Below are positions 37,199 through 48,282 of a stretch of 64,000 bases of DNA, piece after piece. The notes below the pieces were generated by a model. It did not search any database. It was given only the letters and a program-made list of their open reading frames with translations, and was not told the origin of the DNA. Origin of the DNA: Clostridiales bacterium (GTDB taxonomy: Bacteria; Bacillota; Clostridia; Christensenellales; UBA1242); contig CAKJZJ010000007.1 in NCBI GenBank assembly GCA_918292005.1, forward strand, positions 85,411-149,410, written 5' to 3'. The translations under genes were made by a program, and so were the position numbers. The stretch's first letter is position 1; the number at the start of each line of letters is the position of its first letter.

Positions 37199-37257
37199 TT
37201 GTACAAACGTCAAATCGTGTGTTAATATTATAAAAAAAATATGTGGAGTAAAAATAT

Positions 37258-38160
37258 ATGGCAGGTAGAAAACCAATTTGGTTGAGAATTATTATATGGG
37301 TTATTAGTACATGTTTATCCATTGCTGCCCTTTTGGCTGTTGCGGGTGTATTTATATACGTGCGTTATCAGGTCAATATGATAGAAGTATATAAACAAAT
37401 CAAAATACTGAATGAACCAATCAAAAAAGATGAACTCATCACAAATCCTTGGACTCAGGAAGATCTGGAAAGTGCACAATCAAGCATTGATAATACCACA
37501 CCATTGCTTTCGGGTGAATTGCTCAATTATACTGATAGAGAGCTCGCAGCATACATCAATGATTCTATCCAGAATAGCGCTGATGGTATGAAAGTTAGTT
37601 TCGGCTCTAGCGAAGTCAATTTATTAGACTATGGATTTGAGATTGTTCAGATTCGCTTTGATAATATTCCAGAAGACTCTGCTAGTAGCAAATTGACAGA
37701 TTTCAATATTATATTCAAGGTTGACCTAACCAAATTGAAAAAAGAAAAAATGGAGTCATTCCCATTTAATTGGATTAGGAAGGGTATTCCAGATGAATTG
37801 TATGTTTCTTCTAGTGTAGAGATTATTATGCCTGATACTGCCGAGAATGAATTTGGCTATGAACTTATAAGCAAAGGACTTATTATTAATAATCTAAAAC
37901 CAGACCAAACCGAGAATATTTTTAAAACTCTCAATATAATAGTAAAAATCGGCTCATCTGACGACTTTAATAAAACTATTAGCAAAGGCTTTGTAGATGC
38001 ATTAATAGGCGAAAATGGCGTGTATTCTGACCTGAAAACCAATAGGAGTGCTAGTGGATATAAGTTTAAGGTTGATGGCGAAGATAGATGCTTTGTGGTA
38101 TATGGACCAATTATAGTACCTATTACACCTATTACACCTATTACTCCTATAACACCATAA
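37258..38160 (+). CDS. Membrane-anchored hypothetical protein ending in (PIT)4
   Basis: N-terminal TM helix. C-terminus VPITPITPITPITP. Confidence 0.65.
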   Translation: MAGRKPIWLRIIIWVISTCLSIAALLAVAGVFIYVRYQVNMIEVYKQIKILNEPIKKDELITNPWTQEDLESAQSSIDNTTPLLSGELLNYTDRELAAYINDSIQNSADGMKVSFGSSEVNLLDYGFEIVQIRFDNIPEDSASSKLTDFNIIFKVDLTKLKKEKMESFPFNWIRKGIPDELYVSSSVEIIMPDTAENEFGYELISKGLIINNLKPDQTENIFKTLNIIVKIGSSDDFNKTISKGFVDALIGENGVYSDLKTNRSASGYKFKVDGEDRCFVVYGPIIVPITPITPITPITP

Positions 38161-38207
38161 AATTCATTTATGAAATAAAAAAAGACTCGTAAATCGAGTC
38201 TTTTTTA

Positions 38208-39284
38208 TTATCTTTCGGTGGATACGTGTATCATACGTTTACGCCATAACCATGGTATCTGGAATTGAACTCCACACATAGCAACTACCATCATAGGGAT
38301 AATAGTCAATGCACAGGCACCTAGTATTGATGCGCCCACGATTGCTGCTACCAAAGATACTGTTTGTAGGGTTCCTGTTAGAGTCTTTACAAGTAGGAAT
38401 GGTAGGGTAAGGGCAACTCCCAATATTTCCATAATATTGAGCTCTAATCCTTCATTGGCATGTAGTCTAACAAATCTATTTTTACCCCTGAAAAGTAGTG
38501 GTATAAAGAATAGTAAATATGCTAGCCATGCAACACCTTTGCCTTCTACTATCTCTTGTTTGTCGAGTTTGATTTTTTCCGTTCCTGGTTTTGCTTCCTT
38601 AGGTGGTTTGATAGCAGGGCCTAGTTTATTTGTATCTATCTGTACTATTTGTTCGCTGGCCTGTTGTAGACCTGTCATTTCGGCTGTAAATGTGCTATTG
38701 TCTACCGGTTGATTTACCGTATCTGGATTGATATCCTTTTCATCAAATACCGTGTTTGCAGTAGTAATGTAGTCGGTTTCAGGTACTTGCTCTTCTGGAG
38801 TTTCTTCGGCTTCTTGTGGAATGGTGCTAGGATCTCTAGCCACAACTCTATCTAGTAGATTGTCCGAACGAACCACTTCGGTAGGAGCATAAGCATCTTC
38901 TTCTTGTTCTACTACTGGTGTTTCTTCTTCTGTTTCGGTAGTTTCTGTGGCTTCTTCGGCTGCTTTTTCTTCTTTATCTGTATTATCTACAAAGTCATGG
39001 TAGTCTATGTATTCGCCTTCGTACAATGGGGTAAATACTGCATTATCCGTAGGGGTAAAGGTACTAACCAAGTTAGTATCTTCGTATTGACCACGCAGTG
39101 CTGCCTGCTTGACTTTTTCTTCATTAACTATCTTCAACTTATTGAGTTTTTTGATAACTTCTGGATCGATTGTTAGCGAATAATTCGCCTGATCGATAGG
39201 TTTGCCTGTAATATTGTCAATGATTGTGTAATTCCTAGTATTTACTGGCAAATCTTTTAGAGTCATAGATTGATCTGCTTCCAT
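38208..39284 (-). CDS. Hypothetical protein with an acidic N-terminal region and a C-terminal membrane domain (DUF4870-like, tentative)
   Basis: SD AAGGTGA. E/T-rich middle region. C-terminus WLAYLLFFIPLLFRGKNRFVRLHANEGLEL plus TM helices. Confidence 0.6.
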   Translation of the reverse strand: MEADQSMTLKDLPVNTRNYTIIDNITGKPIDQANYSLTIDPEVIKKLNKLKIVNEEKVKQAALRGQYEDTNLVSTFTPTDNAVFTPLYEGEYIDYHDFVDNTDKEEKAAEEATETTETEEETPVVEQEEDAYAPTEVVRSDNLLDRVVARDPSTIPQEAEETPEEQVPETDYITTANTVFDEKDINPDTVNQPVDNSTFTAEMTGLQQASEQIVQIDTNKLGPAIKPPKEAKPGTEKIKLDKQEIVEGKGVAWLAYLLFFIPLLFRGKNRFVRLHANEGLELNIMEILGVALTLPFLLVKTLTGTLQTVSLVAAIVGASILGACALTIIPMMVVAMCGVQFQIPWLWRKRMIHVSTER

Positions 39285-39317
39285 CTTTTCACCTTTTCAT
39301 ATATTTTGGTTTTTATC

Positions 39318-40052
39318 TTATTCTCCGCCACCTATCTCATCTGGTGTATTCTCTGGTGTGCTTTCTGGGTTCTCAGTAGGGGTTTCTTCAGGAGTCTCTG
39401 TAGAATCTTCTGAGTTGGTTTGACTGGCTATTCTGGATACTATGTCGTTTACTTTCTCTTGTGTCAGATTCTTCTCACAGAAATCTTCTACATAATTGTA
39501 AGACCATTTGGTAATTGTAGTTTCCCCAATTTTATCTGTAATAGTCGTGCCTATGACAGGTATCTGAGATGCTAGGCAGGTGAGTGCTAGTAATACTACG
39601 ACTACTGCGCCACCTTGCAAAATACCGAATACCATACCGAATAGTCTATTCATACCACTGATGGTAGGGCTGGATTTTGTTACATTCTCAAATATCTTTG
39701 CTAGAATGAATATTGCTAGTTTGAATACAAGGAATAGTATAATCACAGTTATTAGCCACACGGCAAATTTCGCGACTTTTTCATTTGAAAAAGAGAATGC
39801 TCCGCCGAAGAACGATACAGATCCTTCTGGTTTAGCCTTATTAATTTCGGCGAGTAGTGAACCCTCGAAATTAAAAATTTTATTGAAGAAATTTGCAACA
39901 TATTTTGCTAGAAAAACAGAGCCTATCAGAGATATGCCTGTACCTAGTAATCCCAGCAAACCATCAAAGAAACCTTTTGCTACTCCAATGAGAGCAAAAA
40001 TAACAATGATTGCTATTAATATGCCGTCAATAATATATTTCCACATATTCAT
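39318..40052 (-). CDS. cvpA: CvpA-family membrane protein
   Basis: N-terminus IIDGILIAIIVIFALIGVAKGFFDGLLGLLG is typical of CvpA. 4 TM helices. Acidic tail. Confidence 0.6.
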   Translation of the reverse strand: MNMWKYIIDGILIAIIVIFALIGVAKGFFDGLLGLLGTGISLIGSVFLAKYVANFFNKIFNFEGSLLAEINKAKPEGSVSFFGGAFSFSNEKVAKFAVWLITVIILFLVFKLAIFILAKIFENVTKSSPTISGMNRLFGMVFGILQGGAVVVVLLALTCLASQIPVIGTTITDKIGETTITKWSYNYVEDFCEKNLTQEKVNDIVSRIASQTNSEDSTETPEETPTENPESTPENTPDEIGGGE

Positions 40053-40296
40053 TCCTCACACAACTAGTCGATTGTAAATACAATTCTATACATTACATGA
40101 TACCACGAATAAAACATTTTGTCATTTAATGTAGTAGAGATTTTTTATATTTTTTTAAATTTACTGCATTATTACGTATAATATAGGGCACTATGATGTG
40201 GTTGTAATGCCAGTTATTATTTTTTTTTGTACACATTCACCGTTTACATATTCAGATTTTTGACCAATATTTAGAAAAATAAAATGGAAGTGGTAC

Positions 40297-40857
40297 ATGA
40301 AAAAATATAGGCAAAATGATGATGAAATAAAGGCATTTGCATACGACATTTATAGCAGGCTAAAAGCCAATTCAATTCCGGTGTTTTTATGTGTCGGTTG
40401 TGACAAATTCGTCTGTGACAGTTTAGCCCCAATTATAGCCGAAATTCTTAAAAAACGATATAATATTTATGCCTATATTTATGGTGGTCTGGATTATAAT
40501 ATTAATGCTACAAATTTGATGCAAGCAATACACTATGTAGAGACCGAACATCCACACTCTCAAATCATACTCATAGATGCGACTTTGGGTAGTGATGTGG
40601 GGGATATGATTGTGACCGATAGTAGTTATGCAGGAATGGGTAGGATTTTGCCTATTAGGAGAGTGGGAGATTTCTCTATATTGGGTGTGGTGGCTAGACG
40701 TGCCAAAGAATTACATTTGTCCACTACCAAATTTAAAATTGTATCCGATCTGGCACAGGCTATAGCCAGGGGTATTGCTATGGCCATGTCCGTAGTTTCG
40801 ACAAAAATAGGAAGTAATTTCGGGCAAAATTCAAAATATTACGAAAAAAACTTGTAA
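40297..40857 (+). CDS. YyaC-like (DUF1256) putative sporulation protease-fold protein
   Basis: FLCVGCDKFVCDSLAPIIAEIL...ILIDATLG pattern. Confidence 0.5.
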   Translation: MKKYRQNDDEIKAFAYDIYSRLKANSIPVFLCVGCDKFVCDSLAPIIAEILKKRYNIYAYIYGGLDYNINATNLMQAIHYVETEHPHSQIILIDATLGSDVGDMIVTDSSYAGMGRILPIRRVGDFSILGVVARRAKELHLSTTKFKIVSDLAQAIARGIAMAMSVVSTKIGSNFGQNSKYYEKNL

Positions 40858-40967
40858 AATAATATATTTTTATGATATTATATTCATGCTCAAATCTGGA
40901 GCAATTTTGAATATATTAGATTTTTTGAATGGTGAAAACGCCATCTTAAAATTCCTGGAGGTTAATT

Positions 40968-43403
40968 TTGAATAAGCGAAGCAACAAGGCAAGGAATATT
41001 GGACTCATAGTAGTATTCATACTTATTTTCGCCGTAATGGTGTACATTGCCAATCTAGGTAATCCTGGTAGCAATCTGTACATCAACCAAGTACAAGATG
41101 TAGTAGAATTGGGTTACTATGAGAAATTGAATGGCACTGAAATAGAAAAGGTGGAAACGGGATACGTTAGAGATATTTACGTCTCTGGCGGTAATGGTTA
41201 TATCCGACTAGTGACGTCGAATGTTGAGAATAAGAGATTCCCTAAATTTGCCGATTTTAATTTCACATACAATGCATATTCCGACCTTACTTTTATAGAC
41301 GTATTTAATGCCAAAGTTCGTGCAGCTAGCAATAATACAAAAGACTACGAATTCAAACGTGGCGATGTAATAGTAAAAGAGACTATGACAGATGCTGAAT
41401 TTGAAGCATACAAAACTCTGCATCAGATTAATTATACCAAAGACAATCCTACGACTAGTTTCTTTGAGAGAATGTTACCTTATTTGTCTCTAGGCGTAAT
41501 AGTTATTATGATAGGTTTTGTTATCTTCAAAATGTTCTCTGTTAAGGGTAATGGAGCAAATGCTTTCACTAGAAATAGGGCTAGAATGGTAGAGAAATGT
41601 AGTGTAAGATTCAGCGACATAGCCGGAGCAGAAGAAGAAAAAGAAGAAACAAAAGAAATAGTAGAATTTTTAAAAGACCCTGCCAAATTTAGAGCGCTGG
41701 GTGCTAGAATTCCAAAGGGTATTCTCCTAGTAGGTAATCCTGGTACTGGTAAAACACTACTTGCCAAGGCTGTGGCAGGAGAAAGTAATGTTCCATTCTT
41801 CAGTATTTCTGGTAGTGACTTTGTAGAATTATATGTAGGTGTGGGTGCTAGCAGGGTAAGAGATTTATTCGAGACTGCCAAAAAGAATGCACCTTGTATC
41901 GTATTCATTGATGAAATAGACGCCGTAGGTAGACAGCGTGGTGCAGGTCTAGGTGGCGGTAATGACGAGAGAGAGCAAACACTCAACCAGTTGTTAGTAG
42001 AAATGGACGGATTTGATAGCAACTCGGGTATCATAATATTGGCTGCTACCAATAGAGCAGATGTATTAGACCCAGCACTTTTGAGACCGGGCAGATTTGA
42101 TAGACAAATATATGTAAATGTGCCTGATGTAAAAGGTAGAGAAGGAATTATTAGAATCCACGCTAAAAACAAACCTATTGAACAATCGGTTAATTTCCAA
42201 GATATTGCTAGACTAACTGTAGGATTTACTGGTGCAGATATTGAGAATTTCTTGAATGAAGCAGCCATTTTGGCGGCTAGAGATGGTAGACTTACTATTA
42301 CCATGGAAGATATTACAGAAGGTATCAATAAAGTAACCATGGGACCACAGAAAAAGTCTAGATTGGTCACAGAAAATGATAGAAAACTTACTGCATACCA
42401 CGAATCTGGTCATGCAATTATTGCCAAATTTATGGATTGTGGCGACACAGTCCACGAAGTATCAATTATTCCTAGGGGAATGGCTGGTGGATATACCAGT
42501 ATTCGTCCTAGTGATGATGATGCACATTATAGTTACAATAAACTCTGCAATAGACTATGCATGATGATGGGTGGTAGAATTGCAGAAGAACTAGTTTTCG
42601 GAGATATTACTGCTGGTGCTAGTAGTGATATTCAACGTGCAACCGAACTCGCTAGAAAGATGATAGTAGAGTGGGGTATGAGTGAGAAACTCGGATTTAT
42701 GAGTTTCGGTAAAAATAGTGAAGTATTCATTGGTCGTGACTATCAGGTTCAAAATCAATATAGTGATGATACTGCTAGAATAATTGATGAAGAAATCAAA
42801 TCACTACTAGATAAAAATTATTTGAAAGCAAAAGCATTACTCGGTAGCAAGAGAGAATTGCTAGACAATATGGCGACGCTTCTATTGTCAGAAGAGACTA
42901 TCTATACAGAAGAAGTAGACGAACTTATTGCAGGTAAGGATAGCCAGGAAATAATAAATAGATTGCACGAAAAAGAGCAACAGAGAAAAGAGAAAGAAGA
43001 CGCCATCCGTAAAGAGCAAGAAATGCTCAAACAGGAAAAAGTGTCTGAATTAAAAATCAAGACAGCCGAAGCCCTAAAAGAAGCAGGTATTATTGGCGAT
43101 GAAGAATTCGCCAGAATCAAGGCTGAATATAGCAAAAATATAGAGGCGAAAGATAAATATTTTGCAGAAAAAGAAGCGGCTCAGGCTGCCGAAAAGGCAG
43201 AAGCAGAAAAGATGGAAAATAGTGTGACAGAAACATCTAATGTAGAGAATGCACCTGCCACAGAAGAAGTGGCTAAAAAACCTACCAAAAAATCTGCTAC
43301 AAAGAAAAAATCCACAACTGCTAAAAAGACTACCAAAAAGTCTACTGCAAAAAAATCAACTACCAAGAAAAAAGAAACTGACCAAAGCAATAAAGAAGAT
43401 TAA
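40968..43403 (+). CDS. ftsH: ATP-dependent zinc metalloprotease FtsH with a long E/K- then K/T-rich C-terminal tail
   Basis: TTG start after [34 protein letters not shown] zinc motif. Confidence 0.9.
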   Translation: MNKRSNKARNIGLIVVFILIFAVMVYIANLGNPGSNLYINQVQDVVELGYYEKLNGTEIEKVETGYVRDIYVSGGNGYIRLVTSNVENKRFPKFADFNFTYNAYSDLTFIDVFNAKVRAASNNTKDYEFKRGDVIVKETMTDAEFEAYKTLHQINYTKDNPTTSFFERMLPYLSLGVIVIMIGFVIFKMFSVKGNGANAFTRNRARMVEKCSVRFSDIAGAEEEKEETKEIVEFLKDPAKFRALGARIPKGILLVGNPGTGKTLLAKAVAGESNVPFFSISGSDFVELYVGVGASRVRDLFETAKKNAPCIVFIDEIDAVGRQRGAGLGGGNDEREQTLNQLLVEMDGFDSNSGIIILAATNRADVLDPALLRPGRFDRQIYVNVPDVKGREGIIRIHAKNKPIEQSVNFQDIARLTVGFTGADIENFLNEAAILAARDGRLTITMEDITEGINKVTMGPQKKSRLVTENDRKLTAYHESGHAIIAKFMDCGDTVHEVSIIPRGMAGGYTSIRPSDDDAHYSYNKLCNRLCMMMGGRIAEELVFGDITAGASSDIQRATELARKMIVEWGMSEKLGFMSFGKNSEVFIGRDYQVQNQYSDDTARIIDEEIKSLLDKNYLKAKALLGSKRELLDNMATLLLSEETIYTEEVDELIAGKDSQEIINRLHEKEQQRKEKEDAIRKEQEMLKQEKVSELKIKTAEALKEAGIIGDEEFARIKAEYSKNIEAKDKYFAEKEAAQAAEKAEAEKMENSVTETSNVENAPATEEVAKKPTKKSATKKKSTTAKKTTKKSTAKKSTTKKKETDQSNKED

Positions 43404-43484
43404 TTTGTTTGACTAATTAGCGTTTTTGTAATATTCTTTTAATATTAAAGACCTAAGGTCTCAGACAACGAAAAGGAAGACAGT

Positions 43485-44096
43485 ATGAAAACTAATACAA
43501 TCAAAAAAGTAATATCTATCGTGATAATCACCCTAGTGCTATTATTGGTGGCAGCAACTATTACACTTGCTTGTGTAAAAAATCCTCTATACAATCCACT
43601 ACCAGCCAATTATGACTATGTAGATGTGTACAATTCCAATGGTTCGGCTACCTACTATTTGGAAGATGGTAATGAGAAAAATAATGCTATTTTCAATACT
43701 ATTGGAGAGAAACATAAAGAATCATTTAAAGCCAATCTTCTCAGCGAAATATTCCAAGGAACACTTAAATACAAAGTTAAAGTTACAAGCACAGCATATA
43801 GCAATATAAACACCATTAGAGATGATGCAAAAGTTTGCCTAGTATTCAATTTCTTAGAGACTCAAACACTAGAATTGAATGGTGAAGTTTATAAAGATGA
43901 TAGTTCTTTTGTAAAAGAGGTTAAATACGATCAGATAGTTTTGCCAGTAATCAACGATACAGAATTTGGCGAATGCACAATGTACCTAGTTACAGATAAG
44001 ACAGAAGGTAAATCTGCATACCAGGTAAAATTCTTGGCACACCAGGGAGATCTGTACGATTATCTAGAATCTCTAACAATCGCCGGTGGTAGATAA
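43485..44096 (+). CDS. Membrane-anchored hypothetical protein
   Basis: ORF with SD AAGGAAG. N-terminal TM helix. Confidence 0.6.
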   Translation: MKTNTIKKVISIVIITLVLLLVAATITLACVKNPLYNPLPANYDYVDVYNSNGSATYYLEDGNEKNNAIFNTIGEKHKESFKANLLSEIFQGTLKYKVKVTSTAYSNINTIRDDAKVCLVFNFLETQTLELNGEVYKDDSSFVKEVKYDQIVLPVINDTEFGECTMYLVTDKTEGKSAYQVKFLAHQGDLYDYLESLTIAGGR

Positions 44097-44344
44097 TAAT
44101 TAAAAAGTCTCATATTAATGGGACTTTTTTTGTGTTAAAAAAATATAAAAAATATGTAAAACAAGATATTTTGTTGTATTTTAGGGTGGGTATTTTTTTA
44201 AATTATTGTTGACAATTACACTATTATTTATTATACTAATTAGGCTATTTTATATATAGCACATTAACTTATGAAAAATTCTGCATTGCAACCATGCTAC
44301 TTTTGCAGATTTTTTAGATAAATATTAAAGGAAGGATTACATAT

Positions 44345-44479
44345 ATGAAAAGAACTTATCAACCTAAGAAAAGACAAAGAAGCAAAGTTCATGGTTTTCG
44401 TGCAAGAATGAAAACTAAAGGTGGCAAAAAGGTTTTAAAGAACAGAAGAAATCGTGGTAGAAAGCAACTTACTGCTTAA
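44345..44479 (+). CDS. rpmH: 50S ribosomal protein L34 (below the ORF track size cut-off)
   Basis: Own translation: [55 protein letters not shown] upstream. Confidence 0.9.
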   Translation: MKRTYQPKKRQRSKVHGFRARMKTKGGKKVLKNRRNRGRKQLTA

Positions 44480-44546
44480 TTGATTTTTGTGTAGTGTCTG
44501 CATTTTTTATGTACGACACTTTTAGTTTTTATGTATAAGGTGTATC

Positions 44547-44891
44547 ATGCTAAAAAGTGAAAATAGACTCAAAAAGCGTAAAGAGTTTACTTACCTATAT
44601 AGCAATGGCAAGGCATGTCATGCGTCTAGCATTACTATGGTGTATTTACCTACGAAAAATAGAAAATTAAAAATTGGTTTTTCTGTTGCAAAAAAGATAG
44701 GCAAAGCCCACACTAGAAATCTAGTTAAAAGACGAATGAGAGTAATTGCTAGAGAATATATAGGTAGACTACCAGACAATTACAATATTGTCTTTATTGC
44801 TAAGGCTGGTATAGAGACTCTCAAACTAAACGACATACGTGAGCAAATGAATGTTGTTATCGCCAAATCAAATCTTATATCGGGTAAATAG
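44547..44891 (+). CDS. rnpA: RNase P protein component
   Basis: LKKRKEFTYLYSNGK...KKIGKAHTRNLVKRRMR. Position after rpmH. Confidence 0.85.
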   Translation: MLKSENRLKKRKEFTYLYSNGKACHASSITMVYLPTKNRKLKIGFSVAKKIGKAHTRNLVKRRMRVIAREYIGRLPDNYNIVFIAKAGIETLKLNDIREQMNVVIAKSNLISGK

Positions 44892-44893
44892 AT

Positions 44894-45175
44894 ATGGGAC
44901 TAAAAGAGATATATGATGCCCTAGTACATACTGCTAGAATTGCATTTTTGATACCCGTATATATCTACAAATGGTGTATTAGTCCACTAATACCACATAC
45001 CTGCAGGTATTATCCTAGTTGTTCTACTTATATGGTGCTTGCAATAAGAGAATGGGGTATATTCAAAGGTTTTATATTGGGTATAAAACGAATATGCCGT
45101 TGTAGGCCGGGTAAAAAAGGTGGTATAGACTATGTGCCACTTAATATTAAAGGAGAAAGGAAATGGACTTACTAA
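44894..45175 (+). CDS. yidD: Membrane protein insertion efficiency factor YidD
   Basis: ISPLIPHTCRYYPSCSTY...CRCRPGKKGGIDYVP. Confidence 0.85.
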   Translation: MGLKEIYDALVHTARIAFLIPVYIYKWCISPLIPHTCRYYPSCSTYMVLAIREWGIFKGFILGIKRICRCRPGKKGGIDYVPLNIKGERKWTY

Positions 45176-46233
45176 GTGCTATAACCAAACCAGTAGGGTT
45201 TTGGAGCAATATAGTCTTTGGGTTAGAATCTGCCGTAAAAGACTATGCGTTAGCCCTAATACTCATAACCATTATTATTAAATTAGTTATGGTTCCTTTT
45301 GATTTCATCAATCGTTATACTTCTAAAAAGAGTAGTCGTATTCAGAACGAGATGAAACCAGAATTAGATAAAATTAACCAGAAATACGCTAATGATCCTA
45401 ATCTAAAGAATCAGAAAACTATGGAACTATATAAGTCCCATAATTATAGTGTGACTGGTACTTGCCTAGGAATGCTATTATATTTGGTATTTACCATGGT
45501 AGTATTCTGGACATTATTCGCATCACTCAATAATATATCTCAATATAAGATTGCCGAGCAGTATATGACTGTTAGACAGGAGTATTTCGCCGAATATGGT
45601 ATAGATGTAGACAATCTACCAGAAGGCACTACTGCTATGGATCAATATAATGCTCTAACAGATACAGAGAAAGAAGCTCACGTGGCTACAGCCAATGAAA
45701 AGGCAGAGCAGGCTTATACTAGTACCAAGACGGGATTTTTATGGATAGAGAATATCTGGTTGCCAGATACTACTACTAGCCCTGTAATGTCTTATAATGA
45801 TTTCATAAATAAATCTAAACTTTCTAAAGAAACTGTATTAGAAGAAGAATATACACTAGTTATGGGCGAAGTAAAAGGTGGAGAACGTAAACAAAATGGT
45901 TTCTTTATCCTAGCAATACTTGCAGCAGGTACTAGTTATCTATCTATGGCAGTTAATGATTGGATTACAAAGGCAAAAGCAAAAAAGCAAGGTATAGATA
46001 CCAGCTTGACTGTGAATAAATCCAATAAAATAATGACTCTAGTAATGCCTGTAATTATGATGTTATTTACTATATTCAATAATGCAGCATTTGGTCTATA
46101 TATCGTAGCAGGTGCACTCATTACACTCATTACTAGTCCACTAGTAACAATGTTTGCAGATATGTTGGAATTTGAGTCTATCAAAAGACAACAGAATAAA
46201 TATCTAGCATCTTACAATAGAAAAAGGAAGTAA
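45163..46233 (+). CDS. yidC: Membrane insertase YidC/Oxa1 family
   Basis: Synteny with rnpA-yidD. Multi-TM. MKPELDKINQKYANDP...MELYKSHNY. Confidence 0.8.
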   Translation: MDLLSAITKPVGFWSNIVFGLESAVKDYALALILITIIIKLVMVPFDFINRYTSKKSSRIQNEMKPELDKINQKYANDPNLKNQKTMELYKSHNYSVTGTCLGMLLYLVFTMVVFWTLFASLNNISQYKIAEQYMTVRQEYFAEYGIDVDNLPEGTTAMDQYNALTDTEKEAHVATANEKAEQAYTSTKTGFLWIENIWLPDTTTSPVMSYNDFINKSKLSKETVLEEEYTLVMGEVKGGERKQNGFFILAILAAGTSYLSMAVNDWITKAKAKKQGIDTSLTVNKSNKIMTLVMPVIMMLFTIFNNAAFGLYIVAGALITLITSPLVTMFADMLEFESIKRQQNKYLASYNRKRK

Positions 46234-46236
46234 TGT

Positions 46237-46953
46237 ATGAGAAATATAGAAGTATCAGCAAAGACTGTCGACCAGGCAGTAGAAAAAGGCCTACAGATGT
46301 TGGGGCTCAAAAGAGATGACGTAGAAGTCAAAGTTGTATTCGAAGGTAGTATGCTGAAAAAAGCAGTTGTAGAGATTTATACTTTTGCTGATGACAACGA
46401 AAGACAAGAGTATCTAAAGAACAACAAGAAAAAAGCCGAAGTAAAACTAGTTAAAACAACCAACGAAGAAGAAATCCAAGACATATCTACCGAAGGCGTA
46501 GAAGAAGTAACCAAAGTGGTAACCGAATTCCTAGAGAATCTGCTCAAGCATATGCAGATAGAAGGTGCAGTATCTAGGGGCATTAGAAATGGAGATATTA
46601 TATTCAAAGTAAGTGGAGATAATATCAACAATCTAATAGGATACCATGGCGAAACTCTAGAAGCAGTACAGTATATCCTAAATACCATTGTTAGAAATAG
46701 GGTAAAAGACTATCATAAAAAAGTTTATATTGATGTAGAGAATTATCGTAGAAAAAGACAAGAGACTGTAGAATCTCTTGCCGAGAAGATGGCTAAAAAG
46801 GTACTTACTACCAAGCGTAGTATTAAACTTGAGCCTATGAATTCATTTGAGAGAAAGGCTATCCACTATGCTCTATCCAATATTGAGCATATAGGTACTC
46901 ACTCTGAAGGTAATGAGCCTAATAGATGTCTAGTAATAGACTACGTTGACTAG
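46237..46953 (+). CDS. jag: Jag/KhpB RNA-binding protein (KH plus R3H)
   Basis: Synteny after yidC. C-terminal R3H signature LEPMNSFERKAIHYAL. Confidence 0.8.
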   Translation: MRNIEVSAKTVDQAVEKGLQMLGLKRDDVEVKVVFEGSMLKKAVVEIYTFADDNERQEYLKNNKKKAEVKLVKTTNEEEIQDISTEGVEEVTKVVTEFLENLLKHMQIEGAVSRGIRNGDIIFKVSGDNINNLIGYHGETLEAVQYILNTIVRNRVKDYHKKVYIDVENYRRKRQETVESLAEKMAKKVLTTKRSIKLEPMNSFERKAIHYALSNIEHIGTHSEGNEPNRCLVIDYVD

Positions 46954-46998
46954 GATATAAAATAAAAAAAACACTATTGGTATAGTGTTTTTTTGTTT

Positions 46999-48051
46999 TT
47001 ACATTACGGAGTCTTCAGCAATTTTTTCCATAATTACTTGTCTGCGTACTTCTCTGTCTGCATCCGTTTCTAGTGTACTTCTGAAATTATCTATTAGATA
47101 TCTTTCTTCTTCTAATTGTTTTGTAATTTTCTTATAAGCATCATTGTCAATTTTACCACTTTTAAGTAGTGAATATATTTTGCTTTCAACACCATCTAGT
47201 TGTAATACTCTCTCGTAAAAAGCACGTAGATATGGTGTTTCGTCGGCAATGAATCCTGTGCCTGTGTGGCCTTCACCCATATCCATTCTATTGGCAATTA
47301 GAAGTGCAGCAGGCGATGGGAAGAAACGTACTTCGTTTTTATCACTGTACACATATCCTGTAGGATTGATGCCGTGTTTTTTATCTATGAATAAATGAGT
47401 ACCTTCTTTGAAAGTAAATTTGTGGTTGACAGGTGTAATGCTAGGGGGATCTTCCCTTCTAAATGAATTTACCGAAACCCTTGAGCCATTTGGGTCCAAG
47501 AAATTGTATTCGCAATCAACAGTGGTATATCTACCTGTTCTAGAATTAAATTCATTCCTGTATATTTCTATAGGATAAAATCCAAAGGCATTGTGTCTAG
47601 ATATAAAGTCCAAACCTGTAATATCTCTAACGACAGTACCATCTTTATGCAAAATCAAATTGCCACCTGGTCTTTTATGCTCATCAAGGTCGAAACCATA
47701 TTTACGTAAAACCATATTTCCATTGTCATCTATAGTATAGTCTTGTTTGTCATCTGTACATATTGGTTTTGAGTAAACTGGTTCAATGATTTCGTCCTTT
47801 ATACCTTGCCTAAAATCTTCCATTGACATCCCTGGGTCTTTCTTATATAGCATCATGCCATATTTGAATACTTTACCATCTGCTTTGGGATCGTGTTCGT
47901 ATATAATGTCGGGCGTCTTTGATGCTAGATAATCCAAATATCTTTTAGCACCACTTCTTTCTACACCTACTATTACCAATTTACGATATAGTGGTGTTCC
48001 TGGTATATTGATTAATTGATGATCTACACTGTGATAATTTATTGGTTGCAT
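46999..48051 (-). CDS. Hypothetical protein (350 aa)
   Basis: ORF. ATG 48051 (MQPINYHS) follows AAAGGAG; the track start is 48081. Confidence 0.6.
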   Translation of the reverse strand: MQPINYHSVDHQLINIPGTPLYRKLVIVGVERSGAKRYLDYLASKTPDIIYEHDPKADGKVFKYGMMLYKKDPGMSMEDFRQGIKDEIIEPVYSKPICTDDKQDYTIDDNGNMVLRKYGFDLDEHKRPGGNLILHKDGTVVRDITGLDFISRHNAFGFYPIEIYRNEFNSRTGRYTTVDCEYNFLDPNGSRVSVNSFRREDPPSITPVNHKFTFKEGTHLFIDKKHGINPTGYVYSDKNEVRFFPSPAALLIANRMDMGEGHTGTGFIADETPYLRAFYERVLQLDGVESKIYSLLKSGKIDNDAYKKITKQLEEERYLIDNFRSTLETDADREVRRQVIMEKIAEDSVM

Positions 48052-48282
48052 AGAAGGCTCCTTTTGTGCATGCGTGTGCACACATTTATATTATATATAT
48101 TTTAGCAGATATTTAGCAATTTGTAAATAGCCAAAATTTTATTATATTATTACCATTAAATATTGCGTAATATTTGTATCAATTCTTGCTAAATTATTTG
48201 TAAAAAAAGCGATATTTTGATATAATTATACTAGATGTGATGTGTGATAATATTACATCAAAAATGACAAAGCAGGTATTTT

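Noticed and set aside
40053-40296. Divergent intergenic region between cvpA and yyaC, considered as an alternative origin.
   Set aside because: It is AT-rich but contains no DnaA-box matches.
41480-42370. Long antisense ORFs inside ftsH (296 aa). Similar cases: 49377-49877 and 49959-50270 in tex, 7350-7808 in the helicase, 36746-37276 over metK, 39580-40077 over cvpA, 24319-24636, 25582-25893, 31407-31980 and 58923-59885.
   Set aside because: These are shadow ORFs opposite strongly supported genes. Their translations are low-complexity and Ser/Leu/Ile-rich, with no SD and no motifs.
44100-44344. oriC in the classical position upstream of rpmH.
   Set aside because: No TTATCCACA-like boxes are present. 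Only a promoter and a terminator are visible.
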